Source of the DNA: Acidobacteriota bacterium
GTDB taxonomy: Bacteria; Acidobacteriota; Terriglobia; Bryobacterales; Bryobacteraceae
Assembly (NCBI GenBank): GCA_025354525.1
Contig: JANXMS010000480.1
Coordinates: forward strand, 3,590 to 67,589
Direction of reading: 5' to 3'
Length of the DNA stretch: 64,000 nt
The number at the start of each line of letters is the position of its first letter. The stretch's first letter is position 1. Below, one piece after another: positions 51,672 to 60,198 of this stretch. Under the pieces are notes generated by a model. That model saw only the letters and a list, made by a program, of their open reading frames with translations, ran no database searches and was not told where the DNA came from. Position numbers and translations under genes: made by a program.

Positions 51672-52311
51672 ATCATCCAACCGAAGAACAACTGATCCTG
51701 CACTACTACGGCGACGGCGGGCAGGACGACTGGGAGCCTCACTTGGCCGAATGCACCGAATGCCGCGAGATCTATCAAAGGCTGCAACGCGTGTTGAACT
51801 CTCTAGTCGCGGCACCCATGCCGCAGCGCGGGGCCGATGACGGTCAGAAAATCTGGCACAACGTGCAAGCCAGCACGGCACCGCGGCGGTGGTTGTCGTG
51901 GGAGCGTTTTGGGCTGGAACGGCCGTTGAACGAGCGAAGCCAATCGCCATCGCCGATGACCCGCGGGCGAGACTCCTACAAGTAGCGCTCGACGGACATC
52001 TGGCCTCGAGCCTGATGGTGTTAGCCGAAATTGAAAACGCCCGCGGTCAGACGATGGATATTTCCTGGCAGCGCCAATGGGCCGAGCAACTGCTCGACGA
52101 CAACCGGCTCTACACGCAGACCGCGGACGGAGCGAGGAAAGCACCATTCAGCCGGTTATTGAGCGATCTCGAGGAGATTTTGCTTGAAATCGCTGACGGC
52201 CCGGCGAAGCTGAACGGCCTTCGCCCGCTTCGCCCAACGCAGCATCCGGCTGTTCGATGGCCGCATCGTCGAAGAGTCGATGATGCCGATGGCAGCCAAC
52301 GCGTAACCTAG
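51668..52311 (+). pseudogene. zf-HC2-type anti-sigma factor, frameshifted before its TM segment
   Basis: ATG 51668 overlaps the sigma stop: MNHPTEEQLILHYYGDGGQDDWEPHLAECTECREIYQRLQRVL (H..C..C zinc-finger pattern). The TM and C-terminal domain (VVVGAFWAGTAVER..LQVALDGHLASSLMVLAEIENA..NRLYTQTA..LLSDLEEILLEIA) are in a different frame (track ORF 51889..52311). Confidence 0.55.
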
Positions 52312-52315
52312 AGAA

Positions 52316-53026
52316 ATGCCCAAAGTGTTTCGCGGTTTCCCGGAGACCGGCCAGGAATTCCTCCGTGAGTTGAAGGAAAACAATCAACGCGAGTGGTTCC
52401 AGGCGCGGAAGGATGTTTACGACACCGCCGTGAAAGCTCCGATGGCGGAGTTCGTCGAAGCGTTGAACGCCGAATTCGCCCGGTTCGCGCCCGAGTACAT
52501 CACGGACCCGAAGAAAGCGATGCACCGCATCTACCGCGATACCCGCTTCAGCAAAAACAAGACCCCCTACAAGACGAATTCCTCAGCCTCGTTTCACCAA
52601 TCGGTGATCGAAAAGGAGGCGATGGCGGGCTTCTATGTCTCCGTCTCGCCATTTCAGTTGGAAGTCGCCGGCGGCGTCTATTCGCCTGAACCACCCCAAA
52701 TGCTGGCGATCCGGAACTCTCTCGCCGCGGATCTGGACGGCTGGCTGGCTCTCGTCGAAAACAAAAAGCGAATGAAGCTGCTCGGGGAGCTTCAGGGCGA
52801 TTCGCTCACCCGGCCGCCGAAAGGTTTCCCCAAGGACGATCCCGCGGATTTCTGGATTCGAAAGAAGCAGTGGCTATACTTTGATCTCACTCTGGACCCC
52901 GCACTCGCTTTGACCCCGAAGCTGGTCGGCGAAGTCGTTCTGCGGTTTAAGGCGATGTACCCAGTGATTCAGTTCCTCAATGCGGCATTGGCGCAGCGGA
53001 AACCGAACCGTTCGGACTTCTTCTAG
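52316..53026 (+). CDS. DUF2461/TIGR02453 family protein
   Basis: FLRELKENNQREWFQARKDVYDTAVKAPMAEFVEAL, RIYRDTRFSKNKTPYKT, GFYVSVSP, GGVYSP. Confidence 0.8.
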   Translation: MPKVFRGFPETGQEFLRELKENNQREWFQARKDVYDTAVKAPMAEFVEALNAEFARFAPEYITDPKKAMHRIYRDTRFSKNKTPYKTNSSASFHQSVIEKEAMAGFYVSVSPFQLEVAGGVYSPEPPQMLAIRNSLAADLDGWLALVENKKRMKLLGELQGDSLTRPPKGFPKDDPADFWIRKKQWLYFDLTLDPALALTPKLVGEVVLRFKAMYPVIQFLNAALAQRKPNRSDFF

Positions 53027-53127
53027 AACCTTCCGATCCGCTCCGTTGCCATTCGGTTGCAGGCAATTGACCCTACGGAGAAACCCCTGCATTCTGGTAG
53101 GGATTACACTAGAGGGTTGACTCTTCC

Positions 53128-55272
53128 GTGTTGAAAGCTCTCTCCATCGCATTCCTGCTTTCGATAGGCTCCCTGTGGGCCGAGACCCCCCGCGCCGGCC
53201 ATTCCCAACATGGCGAGGCCCTCGATTCCGGGCCGCGGCAAAAGCCTTGGGAGATTAAAGCGATCGGCGACACGCCGTTCCCCATCACCCATAAGAACCC
53301 GGAAGTGCAGAAATGGTTCAATCAGGGCAATGCGCTGTTGCATTCGTTCTGGTACTACGAAGCCGAACGCGCCTTCCGCTGGTGCCTGAAGCTGGAGCCG
53401 GAAAACGCGATGGCTTGGTGGGGCTTGGCCCGCGCGGCGCAGGGCACTCGGGGCAAAGAGTTCCTTCGCGAAGCGGTGAAGCGCAAGGGGACCGTGACCG
53501 AACGGGAACGCTGGTATATCGAGTCTTCGGCCGACGACACGACGCACAATCCGGATGATCCCGGTTACGGAGAAGCGAATCGGAATCAGCACCGCCGCAT
53601 GCTCGAACGGATCGCCATGAAGTACCCGGACGACGTGGAAGCCAGGGCGCTGCTCGCGTTGACCAACATGATGGAAGACCGCTTCGGGACCGAGTTGATG
53701 GTGCAGCAAGTGCTGGCCAAGAACCCCGATCACCCCGGCGCGCATCACTATCGCATTCACAATTGGGACGGGAAAGATCCTGAATTCGCGCTCGAGAGTT
53801 GCCGCCGCTATGGCACCATTGCTCCAGCCATCGGCCACGCTCACCACATGCCCGGCCACATCTATTCCGGCATCGGAATGTGGCACGAGGCCGCCATCGC
53901 CATGGACGCGGCCACTCGCGTCGAAAAGCAGTACATGCGCGAGCGGATGACGCTGCCCTACAACAACTGGAATTACGCCCACAACAAGAACTACCTCGCC
54001 TACATCCAGGGCCAACTCGGGATGTTCGATGCCGCCGTCAGTGCCGGGCGTCAACTCCTAGCCGCGCCGCTCGACCCGAAAGAGAACAAGGCGGAAGCCT
54101 TCGGCCCCCACTACCAAGGCCGTCTCGTCATGAACCGAACTCTGGTTCGTTTCGAGCGTTGGAAGGAAATTCTGGACGGCAAGGCGTTCTATTGGAATGA
54201 CAAGCTTCTGCGGGATAGAGAAGAGCGGGCGTTTCTCGAAGCTCTCGCCCATCTTGGGCTTGGCGACCTTGACAAGGCCCGCAAGAGCACCGAAAAACAT
54301 AAAGCGCTGCAAGCCGAAATCGAAAAAGAAAAGCATGCCAAGCCACGCTGGGAACTCATGCAGGCCGAGCTCAAGGCTAAGCTGTTGCTCGCCGAAGGGC
54401 AGACCCTGGCTGGGCTCACCGCCCTGGGCAACGCGGCCTCTAAGTACGAAACGCTGGTCGAAGGCCAAAACGATCCGCCGTTCTATCCCTCTTCGCTGTA
54501 CGTCGACCTCGGTCGCGCTTACTTGAACGCAAAATCGCCGGCCCTCGCGGTCAAAGCCTTCGAGAAATCGCTCGAACTCACCCGCAACGATGGCTCCGCG
54601 CTCGCCGGCCTAGCCGAAGCGTGGCTCGCGATGGGAGACAAGGCGAAGGCCGCCGAACACTACGCCCGCGTACTCCACGTCTGGTCCGACGCCGACCCCG
54701 GCTTCGCCCCTCTCGCCAAAGCGAAAGCCCTCGGCTTGACCGCCCAACCCAAGGACGTCTCCCCCGCGCCGCAGCGCAACTACGCAAAAACGACTCTCGA
54801 AAGCCTCGGTCCGAATCGCTGGGAAGCCTATGGCGCCCCGGCCTTGGACGCGCTCGATGCGCAGAAAAAGCGCGTCACTCTTGAAGAGTACAAAGGCCGC
54901 AACGTTGTCCTAATTTTCTACCTCGGCCAGGAATGCCCTCACTGCTTGGAACAGTTGCAGGAAGCAGCCAAACGCAACGGCGACTTCGAAAAGCACAACA
55001 CGGCCGTCCTCGCCATTTCAAGCAACGCACCCGAAGACAACGCCGACTCGCTCAAGCTCAAGAAGGTGCCGTTCCGGCTGCTATCCGACACGGGTTTCGC
55101 AAACGCCCGGCGATTCCTTTCCTACGACGATTTCGAGGAGATCGAACTCCATTCCACCATCCTGATTGACGTGAAGGGCCGCGTCCACTGGGCCCGCCAT
55201 GGCGGAGACCCTTTCGAAAATTTTGACTTCCTCTTGAAGGAGATTCAGCGCATTAATAGTCTCGCCGACTAG
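53128..55272 (+). CDS. Secreted TPR-repeat protein fused to a C-terminal thioredoxin-fold peroxiredoxin (AhpC/TSA-redoxin) domain
   Basis: Signal-like MLKALSIAFLLSIGSLWA (GTG/TTG start). TPR-like repeats. C-terminal LEEYKGRNVVLIFYLGQECPHCLEQL..AVLAISSN..FRLLSD. Confidence 0.75.
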   Translation: MLKALSIAFLLSIGSLWAETPRAGHSQHGEALDSGPRQKPWEIKAIGDTPFPITHKNPEVQKWFNQGNALLHSFWYYEAERAFRWCLKLEPENAMAWWGLARAAQGTRGKEFLREAVKRKGTVTERERWYIESSADDTTHNPDDPGYGEANRNQHRRMLERIAMKYPDDVEARALLALTNMMEDRFGTELMVQQVLAKNPDHPGAHHYRIHNWDGKDPEFALESCRRYGTIAPAIGHAHHMPGHIYSGIGMWHEAAIAMDAATRVEKQYMRERMTLPYNNWNYAHNKNYLAYIQGQLGMFDAAVSAGRQLLAAPLDPKENKAEAFGPHYQGRLVMNRTLVRFERWKEILDGKAFYWNDKLLRDREERAFLEALAHLGLGDLDKARKSTEKHKALQAEIEKEKHAKPRWELMQAELKAKLLLAEGQTLAGLTALGNAASKYETLVEGQNDPPFYPSSLYVDLGRAYLNAKSPALAVKAFEKSLELTRNDGSALAGLAEAWLAMGDKAKAAEHYARVLHVWSDADPGFAPLAKAKALGLTAQPKDVSPAPQRNYAKTTLESLGPNRWEAYGAPALDALDAQKKRVTLEEYKGRNVVLIFYLGQECPHCLEQLQEAAKRNGDFEKHNTAVLAISSNAPEDNADSLKLKKVPFRLLSDTGFANARRFLSYDDFEEIELHSTILIDVKGRVHWARHGGDPFENFDFLLKEIQRINSLAD

Positions 55273-55293
55273 TGCGTGAACCCCCGCTGTTCG

Positions 55294-55839
55294 ATGGCTG
55301 AAGAACCAAAACCCGCCAAAGCCCCGGTCGTCATGGCGACCGTCGCCTGGGACGGTGCTATCCCAGAACTCCTCCGTGAACACTTAGGCGGCTCTGTCCT
55401 CGACACCCTTCTTTACCTCGATCAACCCTTCGCCGTCTTGACCTTGGCGGCGATGCTGCCTGCGCTTGATCTGCTCCACGCCGAAGCCGACTTCGATTAC
55501 CTCGTCGACATCACCGCCGTCGACTACCCCAAACGTGAGCCCCGCTTCGAGCTCATCTACATCGTCTACAGCCACTCCCGCAACGAACGCGTCCGCCTCA
55601 AGGCGCAGCTTCCAGTCGACCAAAATCCGCTCTCCGCCGTGCCGATCTTCCTCGGCGCAAACTGGCTCGAACGCGAAGTTTTCGACATGTTCGGGATCGA
55701 ATTCGCCGGACACCCCGACCTGCGTCGCATCCTCATGCCCGAAGAATGGAGCGGCTTCCCGCTGCGCAAAGACTACGGCATCACGCAGATGGACAACCGC
55801 TGGGTGCGGAACAATCTCGGCATCGAGAGCGGCCAATGA
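55294..55839 (+). CDS. nuoC: NADH-quinone oxidoreductase subunit C
   Basis: [55 protein letters not shown] 55294 is preferred over GTG 55276. Confidence 0.9.
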   Translation: MAEEPKPAKAPVVMATVAWDGAIPELLREHLGGSVLDTLLYLDQPFAVLTLAAMLPALDLLHAEADFDYLVDITAVDYPKREPRFELIYIVYSHSRNERVRLKAQLPVDQNPLSAVPIFLGANWLEREVFDMFGIEFAGHPDLRRILMPEEWSGFPLRKDYGITQMDNRWVRNNLGIESGQ

Positions 55840-56939
55840 CCTCCATCGATTCGAACGAACTCGTCCTCAACATGGGCCCCCAGCACCCGTCCACCCACGG
55901 CGTGCTCCGCATCGTTTTGAAGCTCGACGGCGAGCGAGTCAAAAGCACCGAGTGCGTCATCGGTTACCTTCATCGCGGCGTCGAAAAAATCGCCGAAAAT
56001 CGTACCTACGTCCAGTTCGCCCCTTACGTCGACCGCATGGATTACCTCGCCGCGGTATCCAATGGCCTCGGCTACTGCCTCGCGGTCGAAAAGTTGATGG
56101 CTGCCGTCGCCCCGCCCCGCGCCCAAGCAGTTCGCGTGATTCTCACGGAGCTGAACCGCATCGCCTCGCACCTGCTCTGGCTCGGCACCCACGCCCTCGA
56201 CATCGGTGCCATCACGCCGCTCTTCTATACGCTCCGTGAACGCGAAGAGGTTTTGAAAATCTTCGAAAACTATTGCGGTGCCAGGCTAACCACCCACGCC
56301 TTTCGCATCGGCGGCCTGCAATACGAACTCTACGAAGGCTTCGAACAGCAAGTGAATACCTTCTGTGACCAGTTCCCCGGCAAGATAGACGAGTACGAAG
56401 AGCTCCTAAGCGGTAACCGAATCTGGCGCGAGCGGTTGCGCGGCGTCGGCGTCATCGACGCGGCCACCTGCAAACGCTATGGCGTCACCGGCCCCATGTT
56501 GCGGGCCGCCGGCGTACCCTGGGACTTGCGCAAAGCCCAGCCCTACTCCGGCTACGAACAGTACGAGTTCGACGTGCCCACCCGGACCGGCGGCGACACC
56601 CTCGATCGCTACTTCGTCCGCCTTGATGAGATGCGCCAATCGGTCCGCATCGTTCGCCAAGCCGTCGCGAAGATCCCCACCGGCCCCATCATGGCCAAGA
56701 TCGCCAAGGTCATCAAACCGCCCGTCGGCGAGGCTTACGTCTCCATCGAAGCACCCAAAGGCGAACTCGGCTACTTCATCGTCAGTGACGGAACCACCCA
56801 CCCCTATCGCCTCCGAGTCCGTCCGCCCTCCTTCGTCAACCTGCAGGCCCTCCCCCACATGGCGAAAGGGGCCCTGGTTGCCGACGTCGTCGCCATCATC
56901 GGCACCATCGACATCGTCCTCGGCGAGGTGGACCGATGA
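55836..56939 (+). CDS. nuoD: NADH-quinone oxidoreductase subunit D
   Basis: [59 protein letters not shown] overlap with nuoC. Confidence 0.95.
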   Translation: MTSIDSNELVLNMGPQHPSTHGVLRIVLKLDGERVKSTECVIGYLHRGVEKIAENRTYVQFAPYVDRMDYLAAVSNGLGYCLAVEKLMAAVAPPRAQAVRVILTELNRIASHLLWLGTHALDIGAITPLFYTLREREEVLKIFENYCGARLTTHAFRIGGLQYELYEGFEQQVNTFCDQFPGKIDEYEELLSGNRIWRERLRGVGVIDAATCKRYGVTGPMLRAAGVPWDLRKAQPYSGYEQYEFDVPTRTGGDTLDRYFVRLDEMRQSVRIVRQAVAKIPTGPIMAKIAKVIKPPVGEAYVSIEAPKGELGYFIVSDGTTHPYRLRVRPPSFVNLQALPHMAKGALVADVVAIIGTIDIVLGEVDR

Positions 56940-57391
56940 AGCAGTTCCTCCGCCGGTTCTTCCTCATAGACCTGCTTGAAGGCCTCTGGGTCACCTTTCG
57001 CAACCAGGATCCGAAGCGCATCGTCACCGAGCAATATCCCAGTCAACGGCCGGAAGTCAGCGAGCGCTACCGCGGGGCCCCGCGCCTCAACGTCCATCCG
57101 GAAACCCAGGAAACCCTCTGCATTTCCTGTAATCTGTGCGCCGTCGCCTGCCCGGAAAACTTGATCGTCGTCGGCAGCGTGCGCAACCCCGAAACCAAGC
57201 GGAAGGACCTCGTCACCTTCACCTACGATCTCTCCCGCTGTATGTTCTGCGGCCTCTGCGAAGACGCCTGCCCCGTCGACGCGCTCGAACTTACGCAGGA
57301 TTTCGAAATCGCCAGCTATACTCGCGAAGGCCTCATCTGGGATCGACAAGCCTTGGAGGAAGGGCCACGGCCCACCCAATATCGCCAATGA
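56936..57391 (+). CDS. nuoI: NADH-quinone oxidoreductase subunit I
   Basis: Two 4Fe-4S motifs, [12 protein letters not shown] and [12 protein letters not shown]. Confidence 0.95.
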   Translation: MKQFLRRFFLIDLLEGLWVTFRNQDPKRIVTEQYPSQRPEVSERYRGAPRLNVHPETQETLCISCNLCAVACPENLIVVGSVRNPETKRKDLVTFTYDLSRCMFCGLCEDACPVDALELTQDFEIASYTREGLIWDRQALEEGPRPTQYRQ

Positions 57392-57882
57392 ATTTGGACG
57401 TCTTCTTCTTTTACGCCTTCACTTCGCTCGCCCTGGGCGGTGGCCTCCTCGCCATCACCCGCCGCAGCGCCGTCCACGCGGCCATCGCCCTCATGGTCTC
57501 GCTCCTCGGCGTAGCCGGCCTCTACCTCCTCCTCCAAGCCGAGTTCCTCTTCGTCTCGCAAATCATCGTCTACATCGGCGGCATCCTGCTGTTGTTCTTA
57601 TTCGTCATCATGCTCGTCAACCTTGATGCGGGCAAAGGCCTCCGCCAGTTCCACAAAAACTGGCCGCTGGGTGCAGCCGTCACCGCGCTCGCCGGAATCG
57701 CCCTTGCCGTCCTCCTCAGCCGGGCCCAACTTCCGCCCCCCCAACAAATGCCCGCCACCGGCAACGTGGAACTGGTCGCCGACACGCTCTTCCAGGACTA
57801 CCTCGTCCCCTTTGAAGTCGCGTCGCTCCTCCTCCTAGTCGCCGTCGTCGGCAGCGTTCTCCTCGCCAGGAAACGCGCATGA
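57388..57882 (+). CDS. nuoJ: NADH-quinone oxidoreductase subunit J
   Basis: ATG 57388 ([66 protein letters not shown]), ATGA overlap with nuoI. Confidence 0.9.
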   Translation: MNLDVFFFYAFTSLALGGGLLAITRRSAVHAAIALMVSLLGVAGLYLLLQAEFLFVSQIIVYIGGILLLFLFVIMLVNLDAGKGLRQFHKNWPLGAAVTALAGIALAVLLSRAQLPPPQQMPATGNVELVADTLFQDYLVPFEVASLLLLVAVVGSVLLARKRA

Positions 57883-58181
57883 TCTCGACCATGCACTATG
57901 TCGCCGTCAGCCTGGCCATGCTCTTGATCGGCACCGTCGGCCTCCTCACCCGCCGCAACATCGTCATCATCCTGATGTCCATCGAACTCATCTTGAATGC
58001 GGTCAACATCAACCTCGTAGCCTTCTCCAAACACCACGGCAACGCCGCTGGGCAAGTCTTCGCCATCTTCGTCATCGCCGTGGCTGTCGCCGAAGCCGCC
58101 GTCGGCCTTGGCATTCTACTCGCTCTTTTCCGCAACCGCGAAACGGTTCAGGTCGACGAAATCGACCTGCTCAAATGGTAA
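57879..58181 (+). CDS. nuoK: NADH-quinone oxidoreductase subunit K
   Basis: 100 aa, three TM segments, [37 protein letters not shown]. Confidence 0.95.
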   Translation: MISTMHYVAVSLAMLLIGTVGLLTRRNIVIILMSIELILNAVNINLVAFSKHHGNAAGQVFAIFVIAVAVAEAAVGLGILLALFRNRETVQVDEIDLLKW

Positions 58182-58191
58182 AACCCGCCAG

Positions 58192-60195
58192 ATGAACTTT
58201 CTCGAAACCCTCTGGCTCATCCCCGTCTTCCCGCTCTTCGGCGCGGCGCTAATGCTGCTCCTCGGCCGCTATGAATTCCTCGATCCGCAAGAGGAGTGCG
58301 CCACCCTCGAAAATCGTCATCACCACGACCGCGGCCACGATCAAGACCTCCGCTCCCCCGGCGGCCTGCGCTGGGCCATCGGCCCGCTCTGCTCCGGGTT
58401 CGTTTTGCTCTCGTTCCTCTGGAGCCTCGGTGCCGTTTTCTCCGGACGCACCGAACAGATTCTGTTCACTTGGGTGGCCGGACTGCCCTTTCCCACCTTC
58501 GACGGCCGCCCCGCCGTCCTCGCCGCCGATTGGGGCTACCTCCTCGATCCCCTCAGCGCCGTCATGATCCTAATGGTCACCGGCATCGGCTTCCTCATCC
58601 ATGTCTATTCCATCGCCTACATGGAGCACGACGGCGGCCTCTACCGCTACTTCGGCTGCCTCAATTTGTTCGTCTTCTTCATGTTGATTCTGGTGATGGC
58701 CAACAACTATCTCCTGCTCTTCATCGGCTGGGAAGGCGTCGGCCTCGCCAGCTATCTTCTCATCGGGTTCTACTTCAAACGCAAACCGGCCAGCGACGCC
58801 GCCATGAAGGCGTTCCTCATGAACCGCCTTGGTGACGCCGGCTATCTCATGGCGCTCTTCTTTCTCCTCGGCATCTTCGGCACCCTACGCTTCACGTCCA
58901 TCGAAGCGTCGGCCCACCCCCTGCTCCCCTGGGCCACACTCCTGCTCCTCCTCGCCGCCACCGGCAAAAGCGCGCAAATCCCCCTCTTCACCTGGCTCCC
59001 CGACGCCATGGAAGGCCCCACGCCCGTCTCGGCCCTCATCCACGCCGCCACCATGGTCACCGCCGGCGTCTACCTCATTGTCCGCGCCGCCCCGCTCTTC
59101 TCCCTCACCCCCGAAGTCGCCTCCCTCACTGCCACCATCGGCGCCCTGACCGCCATCATCGCCGCCTCCATCGCCATCGTCCAGCACGACATCAAGAAGG
59201 TCCTCGCCTACTCCACCATCAGCCAGCTCGGCCTAATGTTCATCGCCCTCGGCGTCGGTGCCTATTGGGCCGCCCTCTTCCATGTCGTCACCCACGCTTT
59301 CTTCAAAGCCCAACTTTTCCTCTGCGCCGGCTCAGTCATCCACGCCCTTGATGGCGAACAGGATATCCGCTTCATGGGCGGCCTCCGCCGCCAAATGCCG
59401 CACACCTTTCGAACCATGTTCATCGCCACCTTGGCGCTCGCTGGCTGGCCCGGCCTCGCTGGCTTCTTCTCGAAAGACGCGATCCTCGCAAGCGCCTGGG
59501 TCGCCTCTCCCGCCCTGTTCGGCGCCGGCCTAATCACGGCCCTGCTCACCGCCTTCTACATGGGCCGCCTCTTATTCCTCACCTTCTTCGGCCCCTATCG
59601 CGGCCACGTCGAAATCGAAGAATCGCCCAAGCGGATGACCATTCCGCTCTGGTTCCTCAGCGTCGGCTCCATCGGTGCCGGTTGGTTCGCTTCGCCCTTC
59701 GCCAGTTGGCTCGGTGCCACCCCCGTAGCCCACTCCTGGGGCGTCATGCCCGCCTCCGCCGCCGTTGCCGTTGGTGGCTTGGCCCTCGCCTATCACTTCT
59801 ATCTAAACCGCCCCGGCCTCGCCGATCGCGTCGAGTCCGCCGCCGCCCCCGTCGCCAAACTCCTCCGTGCCCGCTGGTATTTCGACGATCTCTACGAATG
59901 GGCCATCGTCCGTGGCGTCGCCCGCGGCGGCGGCAGCACCCTCGCCAGCCTCGATCAAACAATAATCGACGGCGGAGTCAACGGCCTCGGCTGGCTTACC
60001 CGGCGAACCGGTGCCATCAGCCGTTGGGCCGATACCTGGATCGTCGACGGCACCGTCAATTTCACCGCCCTCACCGTCAAGCTAGCCTCGTTTCCCGTGC
60101 GTTTTCTTCAAACCGGCTTCGCCCAATCCTATGCCCTTGTCATCGTGATGAGTCTCGCCGCGCTCGCCGGTTGGTACATGCTGAGGAGCGCCTAG
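58192..60195 (+). CDS. nuoL: NADH-quinone oxidoreductase subunit L
   Basis: ATG 58192 (MNFLETLWLIPVFPLFGAALMLLLG), WEGVGLASYLLIGF, LPDAMEGPTPVSALIHAATMVTAGVYL, KKVLAYSTISQLG. Confidence 0.95.
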   Translation: MNFLETLWLIPVFPLFGAALMLLLGRYEFLDPQEECATLENRHHHDRGHDQDLRSPGGLRWAIGPLCSGFVLLSFLWSLGAVFSGRTEQILFTWVAGLPFPTFDGRPAVLAADWGYLLDPLSAVMILMVTGIGFLIHVYSIAYMEHDGGLYRYFGCLNLFVFFMLILVMANNYLLLFIGWEGVGLASYLLIGFYFKRKPASDAAMKAFLMNRLGDAGYLMALFFLLGIFGTLRFTSIEASAHPLLPWATLLLLLAATGKSAQIPLFTWLPDAMEGPTPVSALIHAATMVTAGVYLIVRAAPLFSLTPEVASLTATIGALTAIIAASIAIVQHDIKKVLAYSTISQLGLMFIALGVGAYWAALFHVVTHAFFKAQLFLCAGSVIHALDGEQDIRFMGGLRRQMPHTFRTMFIATLALAGWPGLAGFFSKDAILASAWVASPALFGAGLITALLTAFYMGRLLFLTFFGPYRGHVEIEESPKRMTIPLWFLSVGSIGAGWFASPFASWLGATPVAHSWGVMPASAAVAVGGLALAYHFYLNRPGLADRVESAAAPVAKLLRARWYFDDLYEWAIVRGVARGGGSTLASLDQTIIDGGVNGLGWLTRRTGAISRWADTWIVDGTVNFTALTVKLASFPVRFLQTGFAQSYALVIVMSLAALAGWYMLRSA

Positions 60196-60198
60196 CCC

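Noticed and set aside
52190-52311. An alternative-frame peptide FARFAQRSIRLFDGRIVEE at the end of the anti-sigma remnant, which resembles the C-terminal tail of MacB/LolD-type ABC ATPases.
   Set aside because: Only about 20 residues are similar. No Walker or signature motifs occur upstream in any frame. It may equally be the shifted C-terminus of the anti-sigma family.
53071-53108. The weak hairpin ccctac...gtaggg after the DUF2461 gene as a terminator, and sigma-70-like hexamers upstream of the Panacea gene (ttgcag ... tagaat) as a promoter.
   Set aside because: The hairpin stem is only 6 bp with a 20-nt loop and no U-tract. The hexamers are 23 nt apart, which is outside the normal spacing. 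Neither can be supported from sequence alone.
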